64,000 nt of DNA from an uncultured delta proteobacterium (GTDB lineage: Bacteria; Myxococcota_A; UBA9160; UBA4427). This document shows, one piece after another, positions 9,637 through 19,445 of this stretch. Each line of letters starts with the position of its first letter. Position 1 is the first letter of the stretch. Both the position numbers and the translations under genes were made by a program. The stretch is taken from assembly GCA_963822965.1 (NCBI GenBank), contig CAWGJT010000010.1:1024001-1088000 (forward strand), written 5' to 3'. The notes beneath the pieces are model-generated. The model was not told where the DNA came from. It did no database searches and worked only from the letters and a program-made list of their open reading frames with translations.

Positions 9637-10929
9637 ATGAGCCAGCAATCCGACCCGAATGCCCCGTCCTCCACGCCTCCGCCTTCCAAGGGGCAAGCCG
9701 GTGTCGACCCCTACTCCGTTCCCCTCGACCGGATCGACGTCTCGGATTCCGAGCTCTTCGAGACGGACACCCACTGGGGCTACTTCGAGCGGCTGCGCAA
9801 GGAAGATCCCGTCCACTACTGCGGCCAGAGCGACTTCGGGCCGTACTGGTCGGTCGCCCGGTACCACGACATCGTCCAGGTGGAGAAGAATCCGCAGCTC
9901 TTCTCGTCGGCGCGCAGCATCGTCGTGGGCGATCCCGAGCCGGAATTCCCGCTGGAGGCCGGATTCATCACCATGGACGGGCCGCGCCACGACGCCCACC
10001 GCAAGGTGGTCCAGCCCGTCGCCTCCCCGCGCAACCTGACCGTGCTCGAGCCGCTCATCCGCGAGCGGGTCCGCGAGATCCTCGACGACCTGCCGGTGGG
10101 CGAGACCTTCGACTGGGTCGACCGCGTGTCCATCGAGCTCACCACGGGCATGCTGGCCACCCTGTTCGACTTTCCTTACGAGCAGCGCCGCAAGCTCACC
10201 TTCTGGTCGGACATGGCCACCTCCAGTGCCGCGCAGGTCGGCTCCGGCAGCGCAACGCTCGAGGAGCGCCAGGCGGCGCTGATGGACTGCCTCGAGACGT
10301 TCACCGGGCTCTGGAAGCAGCGACAGGGCAAGCCCCCGACCGAACGCCTGGACTTCGTCACGGCCCTGGCGAACGCGGAGGCGACCCGCGAGCTCGAGCC
10401 CATGGAGTACCTCGGCACCCTGGTGCTGCTCATCGTCGGGGGCAACGACACCACCCGGAACTCCATCTCCGGCGGCGTCGTCGCCTTGAACGAGAGCCCG
10501 GGCGAGTACCAGAAGCTGCGCGACGACCCGAGCCTCATCCCGAACATGGTGAGCGAGATCATCCGCTGGCAGACGCCCCTGGCCCACATGCGCCGGACCG
10601 CCACCCAGACCACGGAGCTCGGCGGCAAGAAGATCGAGCCGGGCGACAAGGTGGTCATGTGGTACGTGTCGGGCAATCGCGACGACGCGGTCTTCGACCG
10701 ACCCGACGAGCTCCTCATCGACCGCAAGAACGCGCGGCAGCATCTGTCCTTCGGCCTCGGGGTGCACTTCTGCATGGGAAGCCGCCTGGCCGAGATGCAG
10801 CTTCGCGTCCTCTGGGAGGAGACCCTGGCGCGGTTCCGCGAGGTGGAGCTGGTCGCGCCGCCCGTCCGCGTCCGGTCCAACTTCGTGAAGGGCTACAGCC
10901 ACCTTCCCGTGCAGGTCCACCCGTGGTGA
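9637..10929 (+). CDS. Cytochrome P450, CYP153-like (alkane/fatty acid omega-hydroxylase family)
   Basis: FITMD, LLIVGGNDTTRNS, EIIRWQTPLAHMRRTA, HLSFGLGVHFCMG. Confidence 0.9.
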   Translation: MSQQSDPNAPSSTPPPSKGQAGVDPYSVPLDRIDVSDSELFETDTHWGYFERLRKEDPVHYCGQSDFGPYWSVARYHDIVQVEKNPQLFSSARSIVVGDPEPEFPLEAGFITMDGPRHDAHRKVVQPVASPRNLTVLEPLIRERVREILDDLPVGETFDWVDRVSIELTTGMLATLFDFPYEQRRKLTFWSDMATSSAAQVGSGSATLEERQAALMDCLETFTGLWKQRQGKPPTERLDFVTALANAEATRELEPMEYLGTLVLLIVGGNDTTRNSISGGVVALNESPGEYQKLRDDPSLIPNMVSEIIRWQTPLAHMRRTATQTTELGGKKIEPGDKVVMWYVSGNRDDAVFDRPDELLIDRKNARQHLSFGLGVHFCMGSRLAEMQLRVLWEETLARFREVELVAPPVRVRSNFVKGYSHLPVQVHPW

Positions 10930-10953
10930 CCCGTGCAGGTCCACCCGTGGTGA
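10906..10953. repeat. Perfect 24-bp tandem duplication of the P450 3' end including the stop codon
   Basis: CCCGTGCAGGTCCACCCGTGGTGA x2. Confidence 0.95.
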
Positions 10954-11022
10954 GGCCAGGCGGGAGCGCCGGGCGAATCCGCGGTATGCTCCGGGCCCAC
11001 CGCGCCCACTGAGGAGACCCTG

Positions 11023-11397
11023 ATGCTCGGCTATGCCACGATCGGAACCAAGGACATGGATCGCGCCTGCGCGTTCTACGACGCGCTGCTCGCGGAAGTC
11101 GGCGGCAAGCAGCTCTTCGGCATGGACCGGATCAAGTTCTACGGGACCGCGATGGACCAGGCGATGATCGCCGTTTGCATCCCGTACGACGAAGGTGCCC
11201 ACGACCCCGGAAACGGCAACATGCTCGCCATTCCCGGAGGAAGCCGCGAGGGCGTCGACAAGCTCTACGCCAAGGCCATCGAGCTCGGCGCCACGGACGA
11301 GGGCCCGCCCGGCGAGCGGCTCCCGGTCTTCTACGGCGCGTACGTCCGGGACCTCGACGGCAACAAGCTCTGCTTCTTCGAAATGAAGATGGGCTGA
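11023..11397 (+). CDS. VOC/glyoxalase family protein
   Basis: YATIGT...FYDALL, GNGNM, FYGAYVRDLDGNKL; GAGGAG RBS. Confidence 0.9.
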   Translation: MLGYATIGTKDMDRACAFYDALLAEVGGKQLFGMDRIKFYGTAMDQAMIAVCIPYDEGAHDPGNGNMLAIPGGSREGVDKLYAKAIELGATDEGPPGERLPVFYGAYVRDLDGNKLCFFEMKMG

Positions 11398-11407
11398 TCC
11401 CGGCGCC

Positions 11408-12829
11408 CTAGGTCTCGAGGGTCTCTGCACGACGGGCCGCGAGCTGGCGTTGGATCGCGGCGTGCGACTCGCGCGTGAGTGCGAACCGCCGGAAGAGCAG
11501 GATGCCCGTGCCGTACGTGACGAGCGGGACGCCGGACATCAGCGCGCGGATGGTGAGCTGTACCGACTCGGGCTGCTGCTGGCCGGGCTGGTACCCGCTC
11601 GCCGCCAGCGCGAAGCCCGCGAGCATGCCCGCGATGCCGAGGGCGGTCTTCGCGGCGAACGCCCAGGCCGCGAAGTAGACGCCCTCCTTGCGCTCGTTGC
11701 TCTGCAGCTCGTCCCAGTCGATCACGTCCGCCTGGATCGAAGGGAAGATCACGTCGAGGCCGCCGACGGCGGCGCCCGCGGTGCAGGCCACCACCATCAC
11801 CCAGACGAGGTCATCCCTGCCCAGGAAGCCCATGCAGAAGAGAGCGCCGCCGACGATGCACATGGAGGCCAGCAGCAGCGACTTCTTGTCGAAACGGTGG
11901 CCGAGCCAGACCCAACCCGGAATCGAGACCAGGGAGACCACGAAGAGGGAGCCCATCATCGGGGCGAAGAGCTGGGGGTTGCCGAGAACGTACTGCGCGT
12001 AGAAGGCCGCGATGGTCGTGACGGCACCGACCCCGATCTGCTGCAGGAAGAAGACGCCGATCAGCACGCGCGCGTGGGGGTTCCGGACGACCTCGGCGAA
12101 CGCCCGGAAGGGCCGCCTCGCGCCGCGCCCCTGGAACTCGGGACGCTCGCGGATGCGGGTGCCCGTCACCAGCATGCTGCCCGCGGTCACCACCCCACCC
12201 GTCACGGCGAGCCCCAGCGCCACGAGCCGCGGCTCGGAGCTGGCGCTCATCCACGCGATTGCGGCGAAGACGAAGAGGCTGCCGACCCCGAAGCAGGCGC
12301 GGCGGATTCCGAAGATGCGGGTCCGGTCCTCGTAGCTGTCCGAGAGCTCGGCGGCGAGGGAGTCGTGGGGGATGTTGAACACCGTCATGCCGGTGTAGAA
12401 GAGCACGATGGCGATCCCCATCCACAGGGAGAGCATGTCGCCTTCGAGGCGCGCGGGCGGCGCCCACATCGCGCAGAAGACGAGCCCCACCGGGAGCGCT
12501 CCCGCGATCATCCAGGGCCGTCGCCTCCCGATGCGCGACCGCGTACGATCCGACAGGTAGCCGGCGAGCGGGTCGGAGACCGCGTCCCAGACTCGCGAGA
12601 CGAAGAAGATCACGCCCATCACCCCCGGCGCGATGCCGAGCACGTCGGTCGAGAACTTGAGCAGGTACATGCCCGTCAGCAGGAACATGAAGCCCTGACC
12701 GAGGGCCGGCGCCGCGAAGAGCAGGATCGTCGCGCTGGCCAGGCGGGGCGGGACCGGCGCGGAGCCCTGCAGCGTACCCGCCCGCGCTTCCGCGTCCACG
12801 CCGAGCGCGAGCGCGGGTGACTCCGTCAC
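11408..12829 (-). CDS. MFS transporter, glycoside-pentoside-hexuronide (MelB-like) family
   Basis: WDAVSDPLAGYLSDRTRSRIGRRRPW, ERKEGVYFA; about 12 TM. Confidence 0.9.
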   Translation of the reverse strand: MTESPALALGVDAEARAGTLQGSAPVPPRLASATILLFAAPALGQGFMFLLTGMYLLKFSTDVLGIAPGVMGVIFFVSRVWDAVSDPLAGYLSDRTRSRIGRRRPWMIAGALPVGLVFCAMWAPPARLEGDMLSLWMGIAIVLFYTGMTVFNIPHDSLAAELSDSYEDRTRIFGIRRACFGVGSLFVFAAIAWMSASSEPRLVALGLAVTGGVVTAGSMLVTGTRIRERPEFQGRGARRPFRAFAEVVRNPHARVLIGVFFLQQIGVGAVTTIAAFYAQYVLGNPQLFAPMMGSLFVVSLVSIPGWVWLGHRFDKKSLLLASMCIVGGALFCMGFLGRDDLVWVMVVACTAGAAVGGLDVIFPSIQADVIDWDELQSNERKEGVYFAAWAFAAKTALGIAGMLAGFALAASGYQPGQQQPESVQLTIRALMSGVPLVTYGTGILLFRRFALTRESHAAIQRQLAARRAETLET

Positions 12830-12853
12830 GTCCTCGAGCCGGGACGTCGCGCA

Positions 12854-14167
12854 TCAGAAGCGCACGGGCAGCGCGGACAGCCCGCGGAGCACGAGACCGG
12901 GGCGGCGCGGCGGATCCTCCATTTCGAGCTCGAGCCGCGGCAGCCGAGCGGCGAGCCGGCCCAGCGCGATCTCCGCTTCGAGGCGCGCGAGCGGCGCCCC
13001 GAGACAGAAGTGCGCGCCATGGCCGAACGCCAGGTGGCTCGTGGCACGACGCCCGACGTCGAAGCGATCGGGCTCCTCGAAGAGCGCGCCGTCCCGGTTG
13101 GTCGACCCGATGAAGACGTCCACCTCCGCTTCCTTCCCGATCGGGACGCCCCCGAGCACCAGGTCTTCGAGGGCGCGTCGTGAGGTCAGCTGGACGGGCG
13201 CGTCGTAGCGGAGGCACTCCTCGACGGCGCTCGGCGCGAGCCCACGATCCCGCCGCAGCCGCGCCAGCTGGTCGGGATGCCGCAGCAGCGCGAGCGCACC
13301 GTTGCCGATGAGATTCGTGGTCGTCTCGTGACCGGCGAGGAGGAGGAGCACACAGTTTGCGATGAGCTCGTCCTCAGAGAGCACGTCCTCGCGGTCGCGC
13401 GCCGCCAGCAGCGCCGAGATGAGGTCGGGCCGCGGATCGCGGCGTCGCTCCGCGATCACGCCGCGCAGGTACTGGCCGAGCTCGCCCATGCTGTCGGCCG
13501 CCTGGGGAATTCCCGCCATGCGCACCGAGCCGTCGAGCAGCACGGCGATGTCGTCGGACCACCCTTTGAGGCGACTCTGGTCGTTCACCGGGACACCGAG
13601 CAGCTCCGCGATCACCATCACGGGCAGCGGCGTCGCCAGATCGCGAATCACGTCCATTCGGCCCGTGCCCCGCGCCATCATGGCTCCGAGCAGGTGGTCG
13701 ACGATCGTCTCGACACGGGGGCGCAGTCCCGCGACGACACGCGACGTGAACGCCTTGTTGACGAGCCCGCGCAGCCGCATGTGGTCCGGCTCGTCCTGCA
13801 TCAGCATCATGTGCGCCAGCAGCGCACCCAGCCGCCGAAATCGCTCGGGAACCCCCGGCCCGTGCAGTCCGCCGATCTCGCGGGCGGACGAGAAGCGCGG
13901 GTCGCGCAACACGCTCACGCCGTCGGCGTATCGTGTCACCCAGTAGACGAGCGCCGTGCCGCCGTCGAGCTCGCGCACGCCGATCGGCTCGTGCTCCCGC
14001 ATCCACGCGTAGGTGGGATAGGGATCGGCCTGGAAGGCAGGGTCCTCGAACGCCATCGTGCCGGGGTCGCGGGTCGGGGAGGCCTGGTGCGCCCGCGGCT
14101 CGCACGTGCCGGCGTCCGGACCCGCGGCCTTCGCGGAAGGCGCCGAAAGGCTCTCGTCGTTCGACAT
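12854..14167 (-). CDS. Cytochrome P450 (CYP107/BioI-like)
   Basis: LLAGHETTTNL, EECLRYDAPV, HLAFGHGAHFCLG; GAGGAGGA RBS before ATG 14167. Confidence 0.9.
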   Translation of the reverse strand: MSNDESLSAPSAKAAGPDAGTCEPRAHQASPTRDPGTMAFEDPAFQADPYPTYAWMREHEPIGVRELDGGTALVYWVTRYADGVSVLRDPRFSSAREIGGLHGPGVPERFRRLGALLAHMMLMQDEPDHMRLRGLVNKAFTSRVVAGLRPRVETIVDHLLGAMMARGTGRMDVIRDLATPLPVMVIAELLGVPVNDQSRLKGWSDDIAVLLDGSVRMAGIPQAADSMGELGQYLRGVIAERRRDPRPDLISALLAARDREDVLSEDELIANCVLLLLAGHETTTNLIGNGALALLRHPDQLARLRRDRGLAPSAVEECLRYDAPVQLTSRRALEDLVLGGVPIGKEAEVDVFIGSTNRDGALFEEPDRFDVGRRATSHLAFGHGAHFCLGAPLARLEAEIALGRLAARLPRLELEMEDPPRRPGLVLRGLSALPVRF

Positions 14168-14441
14168 GGGATCCTCCTCGGTGGGTGTCCGACGAGTCGG
14201 TGCAAGGTCCACGCCCAGGGCAAGCACCGCCGTCGGCGTTGCAGGCCCAGCCCAGGCGCTCCGGGAGGCCGGACGCTGCAGCTTCCCGGCTGCAGTGTCG
14301 GGACCGGGCGGCGGCGCAGGGGATCCCACCATCCCCCCGGCCGACGAGCGGGAAGGATCCGAAGGAAGTCCGATCCCCAAAGGGTGAAGCGCCGCCCCGC
14401 CCGGCGTACACTCCCGCCAGCGCCCGCGAAGGAGGCCTCCG

Positions 14442-15278
14442 ATGACGCCGCCCGTGACACCGCCCGGCGCTCGCACCGTTCCCGATGGCCTGGAGATCGT
14501 GCCGCGACGGTTCGCGTTCCGGGAGCTGGAGTCGATCCCGAAGTACTGGTTCGGCGGCAACGCCCTCATCACCCACCTCGAGAACACCTTCTCGATCCTG
14601 ATCCCACCGGGCGAGCGCTTCTTCATCCAATCGGTTCGCAACTACGCGGACCGGGTCCGGGATCCCGCCTTCGCGAAGCTCGTCCAGGCCTTCATCGCCC
14701 AGGAGGGGCACCACACCCGGGCCCACCACGAGTTCAACCGGCACTTCGAGCAGTTCGGAATCGGGATCGCCCGCGAAGAGGCGTACGCGGCAAGCGTCAT
14801 GCAGCGCGCCAGCCGCTACCTGCCGAAGAAGATCCAGCTCGGAATCACCGTCTTCTTCGAGCACCTGACCGCGACCGGGGCCCACCTGCTCTTCGCCGAG
14901 CCCGAGATCGCGCGCCTCATCCATCCCGAGGCCCTGCGCTTCTGGCGCTGGCACGCCGTCGAGGAGCTCGAGCACAAGGCGGTGGCGTTCGACCTGCTCC
15001 GCGAGATGGGCGGCGGCTACGCGACCCGCGTGTTCTCGGCGATCGTGGGGCTCCTGTGGTTCGCCCCGGCCTTCGTTCGCATGGCCCGGCGCATGATGAA
15101 GGAGGATCCGGAGCCGATCACCGGCGAGATGCGCGCCCAGGCGAGGGCCATCGACCGCCGGGCGCGCGCCGTCCAGACCCCGCTGCTACTCGCGTACTTC
15201 AAGCCGGGCTTCCACCCCTGGAAGCTCGACGACGCGCCCTACATGGAGCAGTGGTACGCGTCGGCGGAGGGCCGCTAG
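14442..15278 (+). CDS. Predicted metal-dependent hydrolase (PF10118-like)
   Basis: PPGERFFI, FIAQEGHH, FEHLTA, WHAVEELEHKAVAFD. Confidence 0.85.
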   Translation: MTPPVTPPGARTVPDGLEIVPRRFAFRELESIPKYWFGGNALITHLENTFSILIPPGERFFIQSVRNYADRVRDPAFAKLVQAFIAQEGHHTRAHHEFNRHFEQFGIGIAREEAYAASVMQRASRYLPKKIQLGITVFFEHLTATGAHLLFAEPEIARLIHPEALRFWRWHAVEELEHKAVAFDLLREMGGGYATRVFSAIVGLLWFAPAFVRMARRMMKEDPEPITGEMRAQARAIDRRARAVQTPLLLAYFKPGFHPWKLDDAPYMEQWYASAEGR

Positions 15279-15361
15279 ACGGGCTCCCAACGTCCCGGAA
15301 GGCCGGCCCTGCAGGACGCGCTTCAGGCCCCTGGCGAGAGACACCGGGGTGTACGATCGGG

Positions 15362-15910
15362 CTACCCGCTCTTGGCCTGCCGCTCATAGTCGCGCAGCAC
15401 CAGCTGGGCGACGTGGGCCGCCTGGTCGGCGTAGCTGCGTGTTGCATCCCAGCGGCCGTCTTCGGACACCTCGTGGGAGCGTACCAGCTTCCTTCCCTCC
15501 TGCTTGGTGAAGCTGACGATCTCTCCCCAGATGCGGTGCTCGACCTCGCGGGCGAGCTCGCACACCCACTCGATCACCTTCCCCCGCGCCTGGGGCTCCA
15601 GTGCCCCGAGGACGTCTTCGCCGGCCAGGTGCGGGCCGGCGCCCGCCTCCACGCCTGGCTCGTGTCGCTCGAGCTGACGCGCCAGCTCTATGCAGATCTC
15701 CTTCGCGACGGACGCCTCGCTCGCGTGGAAGCCCCACTGGTGCTCCCACTGCTCCAGCCGCCCTTCCACGTAGGTGCGCGCGGCCTCCCACGCATCCTCG
15801 GCGGCGTGCTTGCGAACCGCCCTCTCACAGCTCTCGATGAGGTCGTGGGGCACGCCGTGGACCTGGGCCGGATGCTCCTCGAGCCACCGCTCCACCTCGT
15901 CGCGGTTCAT
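15362..15910 (-). CDS. Hypothetical helical protein
   Basis: MNRDEVERWLEEH..., GGAG RBS, protein-like composition. Confidence 0.65.
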   Translation of the reverse strand: MNRDEVERWLEEHPAQVHGVPHDLIESCERAVRKHAAEDAWEAARTYVEGRLEQWEHQWGFHASEASVAKEICIELARQLERHEPGVEAGAGPHLAGEDVLGALEPQARGKVIEWVCELAREVEHRIWGEIVSFTKQEGRKLVRSHEVSEDGRWDATRSYADQAAHVAQLVLRDYERQAKSG

Positions 15911-16128
15911 GACGACCCTCCTTTCACGCTTCGCCGGGATACACCGAGCGAGGTTGCAAGGACCGTTCCTTGGCCAGGAGGGCGATCCCGCGCCGCGCGT
16001 GGGCGCGAGCGCGGCCTTTCGGGCCAGGCGCCGGGGCAGCCTGGAACAGTGCCCGGTCGCACCGGCCCCGGTGGACCGGTCGCGATGGGCGTGCGCTTCC
16101 CGAGGGGCGGTCGAAGCGACCCGGCGAA

Positions 16129-16593
16129 TCACCCGCCGGGTCGAGTCACCTGCTGCATGTAGAACAGAAGCGCCTCGCGGTCGGCCCGGCTCTCGAGGCC
16201 GGGGGACACCATCGTGGTTCCCGGCGCAAAGCGCTGCGGGCTCGCGAGAAAGGCATCGAGGGTCCGATCGTCCCAGACCACACCCGTGGCGCGGAGCGCG
16301 TCGGAGTATGCGCCGAACGTGCTGCTACCGGCTCGCCGGCCGTAGATCCCGGAGAGGTAGGGCCCGACCTTGTTCTGGGTGCCGTAGAAGTCATGGCACG
16401 CCCAGCAGGGACCGGACAGCCTGGCGCCGCGATCGAACAGGACCCGCTGCTGGTCGGACAAGCGCGACCGAATCTCGCGGACGCGCGCGTCGCAGCCCGT
16501 CAGCAGGGACGCAAGCGAGAGGGCCAGCAGCAACGACCTGGCAAGAGCCGGGACACACGACGAGCGAACGCACGGAGCGGGAGGCGTGAGCAT
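16129..16593 (-). CDS. Class I c-type cytochrome (c2-like), probable lipoprotein
   Basis: CWACH, KVGPYL, PGTTM; LLTGC lipobox. Confidence 0.9.
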   Translation of the reverse strand: MLTPPAPCVRSSCVPALARSLLLALSLASLLTGCDARVREIRSRLSDQQRVLFDRGARLSGPCWACHDFYGTQNKVGPYLSGIYGRRAGSSTFGAYSDALRATGVVWDDRTLDAFLASPQRFAPGTTMVSPGLESRADREALLFYMQQVTRPGG

Positions 16594-16700
16594 TCCCCAA
16601 CGTTACGGAACCCGCGCCCGACGTCATCCCGGCCGGCTCGACGAGCTGGCACCGTTCGGAAGCGGCCTCGCGATGGGTCTGGCCCCGGCCGCTGCACCGG

Positions 16701-17090
16701 CTACCTGGGCCCCTTCTTCTTCTTCCCGTAGCGGCCGGCCTTGGCCGGCGGCGCCGGGTGGGTCTGGCGCACGATCTCGGGAACGGTGCTGCCGGCGGCA
16801 AGGCTCCATCCGTCCCGGCCCGTGGCGCTCACCTGCCAGCCGGCATCGGTGTGGCGATAGTAGGAGCCGGCTTCGAAGTACACGCCCGGAAGGCCCACGG
16901 CGACGTGGATTCCCCGCTCCGAGTCGAAGCGGATCTCGACTCCCTCCTTCGGCCTCGGCGCCTTCTCGGCTCGTTGCTCCTTGGCGCGCCGGCCGTATGC
17001 CGGCGCGTGCGCGGGCGGGTCGGCGAGCCCCGGGGCCGCGAGCAGCGGGGCGGAGAGGAAGGCGATCAGGATCGCGCGCATCGGCGTCAT
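16701..17090 (-). CDS. Hypothetical secreted protein
   Basis: Signal peptide followed by PPAHAPAYGRR; GGAGGAG RBS. Confidence 0.65.
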   Translation of the reverse strand: MTPMRAILIAFLSAPLLAAPGLADPPAHAPAYGRRAKEQRAEKAPRPKEGVEIRFDSERGIHVAVGLPGVYFEAGSYYRHTDAGWQVSATGRDGWSLAAGSTVPEIVRQTHPAPPAKAGRYGKKKKGPR

Positions 17091-17377
17091 GGGGCTCCTC
17101 CGAGGTGGCTTCTCGGAGGTCCGTCGGCGCTCCGGGCGCCTTCCTTGACCGGGTTGGCCGCAGCCGCTGCGAGCTTCTGAATTCCGTGGCGGCCCCAGCG
17201 AGCTTCCGGTGATCCGTGTCACCTCAGCGACGATCCGTGGCAATCCCTGGAGGGCTCGCGCCTGCGAGCCCGTGGCTCCCGCCGGGAAGCGATGGCGGAT
17301 GCAGCGCCCGCGCGCTGCCGCGCGCTGGTGGCGCTCGAGCGCTACCCTGGCGAGAAAGCACACGGAGGCTCATTCCC

Positions 17378-18571
17378 ATGGCCACCGACTCGATCCCGAC
17401 CCCGGCTCCGCTGAAGCCGCTCCCGAGCGACCGCACCCTTCCCCCCGAGACGCTCGAGGCCTACGAAACCCACTTCACCGAGCAGGCCAACGCCTGGAGC
17501 GTGATCCTGGAGCAGAACGCCGCGCGGCTGGCGTCCGGCAGCTACTCGCTGCACTGGCTCGATGCCGGCGACTCCGGCTGGGGCCGTCGCGTCAAGCCTT
17601 CGTCCCGTGGGCTGACGCTGACGGACATCAATCGGTCCAAGGGAAGCGGCGAAATGCCCGCCATGGCTGAGTGGAAGAACTTTGCACCCCGCGGATCGAT
17701 CCGGGAGCCGTATCGCGACGTGCTTCCCGTGATCGAGTCCTACACGGTCCTCAACCGCGACGAGCTGTGGGCGGACAACGTCGAGACCCTCTACGAAGAA
17801 GCGAAGGCGCGGCAGTGGAACGCCACCCGGGACATCCCCTGGAGCGAGCTCGAGAAGCTCCCGGAAGATCTCGAGAAGGCCACCTGCCAGCTGTGCACGT
17901 TCCTCACCGAGGTCGAGTTCGTAGCAGGGGACTTCCCGGCGAAGTGGCTGTACCGCATCCCGCAGGACTTCCTGGAGGTGAAGAGCTTCCTGTCCACGCA
18001 GATCATGGACGAAGCGCGGCACCAGGAGGTGTTCCGGAAGCGGGCGCTCGCCGGCGGGGGCCTGCTGCACGTCGCGCCCGGCTTCGAGTGGGCGCTGCAG
18101 GCCATCCTGGAAGCGCCGAGCCACACCATGGGCACCTTCCTGCTGAACCTGCTGGGTGAGGGGCTCGTGCTGTCGATCTTCCGGTCGGGCGAGATGATCG
18201 CCAAGACCCACGTGGACAAGGAGATCTTCCGGCGCTGCCTGCAGGACGAGGCCCGCCACGTCTCCTACGGCGTCATGGAGCTCAAGAACTACATCGACCG
18301 GCACCCGGACCGCGAGCGCGCGATCGAGGAGCTCCACCGCTTCGCGGACGTCGGCGAGCAGGTGATCCTGACGGCGTTCACCGAGGCCGCACTGGTCGAG
18401 CCCGTGGCGGTGCTGCTGGGCGGCGGCCTGAGCAAGATCGACGAGGGCATGGACGGCATGGCCAAGCTCTGGTCGATGTTCATCGACGAGTACCTGCAGC
18501 GCTGTGAACGGGCCGGGTTCGATCGCCGGGCTCGCAGCCGAATTCCGGTCAAGGCGATCTGGGCGTCGTGA
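17378..18571 (+). CDS. Ferritin-like carboxylate diiron protein
   Basis: LTEVE...DEARH...GEG...DEARH pattern. Confidence 0.85.
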   Translation: MATDSIPTPAPLKPLPSDRTLPPETLEAYETHFTEQANAWSVILEQNAARLASGSYSLHWLDAGDSGWGRRVKPSSRGLTLTDINRSKGSGEMPAMAEWKNFAPRGSIREPYRDVLPVIESYTVLNRDELWADNVETLYEEAKARQWNATRDIPWSELEKLPEDLEKATCQLCTFLTEVEFVAGDFPAKWLYRIPQDFLEVKSFLSTQIMDEARHQEVFRKRALAGGGLLHVAPGFEWALQAILEAPSHTMGTFLLNLLGEGLVLSIFRSGEMIAKTHVDKEIFRRCLQDEARHVSYGVMELKNYIDRHPDRERAIEELHRFADVGEQVILTAFTEAALVEPVAVLLGGGLSKIDEGMDGMAKLWSMFIDEYLQRCERAGFDRRARSRIPVKAIWAS

Positions 18572-19047
18572 GCAGGGAGTCGGCAGCCGGCGAGCGCTTT
18601 CCGTCGCTGGCCTGGTTCGAGCGGCTCGTCACGCTGATGAACGCCGACCGGGCCCGGCAGGAGCAGCTCGGCTACGTGGACTGCGTGGCCCGCTTCACGG
18701 TGACCGACGGAAGGCCGGACGGGACCCCGTGGTCGGTCCAGATCACGTTCGAGGAGTTCGAGGCCACCGACGTGCACGAGGTCGGTCCGGGAGACACGTC
18801 CACCCCCGACTTCGATCTCGAAGCCCCACTCGCCGTCTGGCAGGACATGATCGAGAGCATCGCCGCCGGCAACGGCCGGCCGGGGCTCGACTTCACCCTG
18901 AACCGGTTGAGCCACTTCGGAACACCCATGCGGGTGGTCTCCGACGATCCGCTCCGCCGCGATCTGTACTTTCGCTACAACCAGAGCCTGCAGGAATTCG
19001 TGAACGCCTCCGCTCGCATCGAGACGGCGTTCCCCGTGCGGGACTGA
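18568..19047 (+). CDS. SCP2-like (sterol carrier fold) hypothetical protein
   Basis: FPSLAWF...MNAD, DFDLEAPLAVWQDM; GTGA overlap with upstream gene; fold is an inference. Confidence 0.6.
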   Translation: MSRESAAGERFPSLAWFERLVTLMNADRARQEQLGYVDCVARFTVTDGRPDGTPWSVQITFEEFEATDVHEVGPGDTSTPDFDLEAPLAVWQDMIESIAAGNGRPGLDFTLNRLSHFGTPMRVVSDDPLRRDLYFRYNQSLQEFVNASARIETAFPVRD

Positions 19048-19050
19048 TCG

Positions 19051-19332
19051 GTGGCCAGGCGCGCCGGGCACTTCTACATCGACCAGACCTGCATCGGCTG
19101 CGGGGCCTGCGACCACGCCTGCCCCGGCAAGGTGGACGCGATCTACCGGGTCGAGGACGACTTCCTGGGCCGCTTCGCGATCGTGCTCGACGAGTGCATC
19201 GACTGCGGCATCTGCGTTCCGCTGTGCCCGGTCGACTGCATCCACGACGCGCGAACGGAGGGAATCGTCGAGGGCCGCGGCGGCTATACGCGCATCAAGG
19301 AGCTGCAGGCCTGGGCGAAGGAGCGGCAATGA
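19051..19332 (+). CDS. 2[4Fe-4S] ferredoxin
   Basis: CIGCGACDHACP and CIDCGICVPLCP. Confidence 0.92.
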   Translation: MARRAGHFYIDQTCIGCGACDHACPGKVDAIYRVEDDFLGRFAIVLDECIDCGICVPLCPVDCIHDARTEGIVEGRGGYTRIKELQAWAKERQ

Positions 19333-19445
19333 CCCCGTTCCGCGGTGCCCCCGCCCTCGAGGGCCCGCCCCGCTCGACTTGACAGGGGATCTCCCGTCCC
19401 AGAGCCTCCGCGCCGGCTCCCGAGATCGAGTGACTGCGAGGTTCC

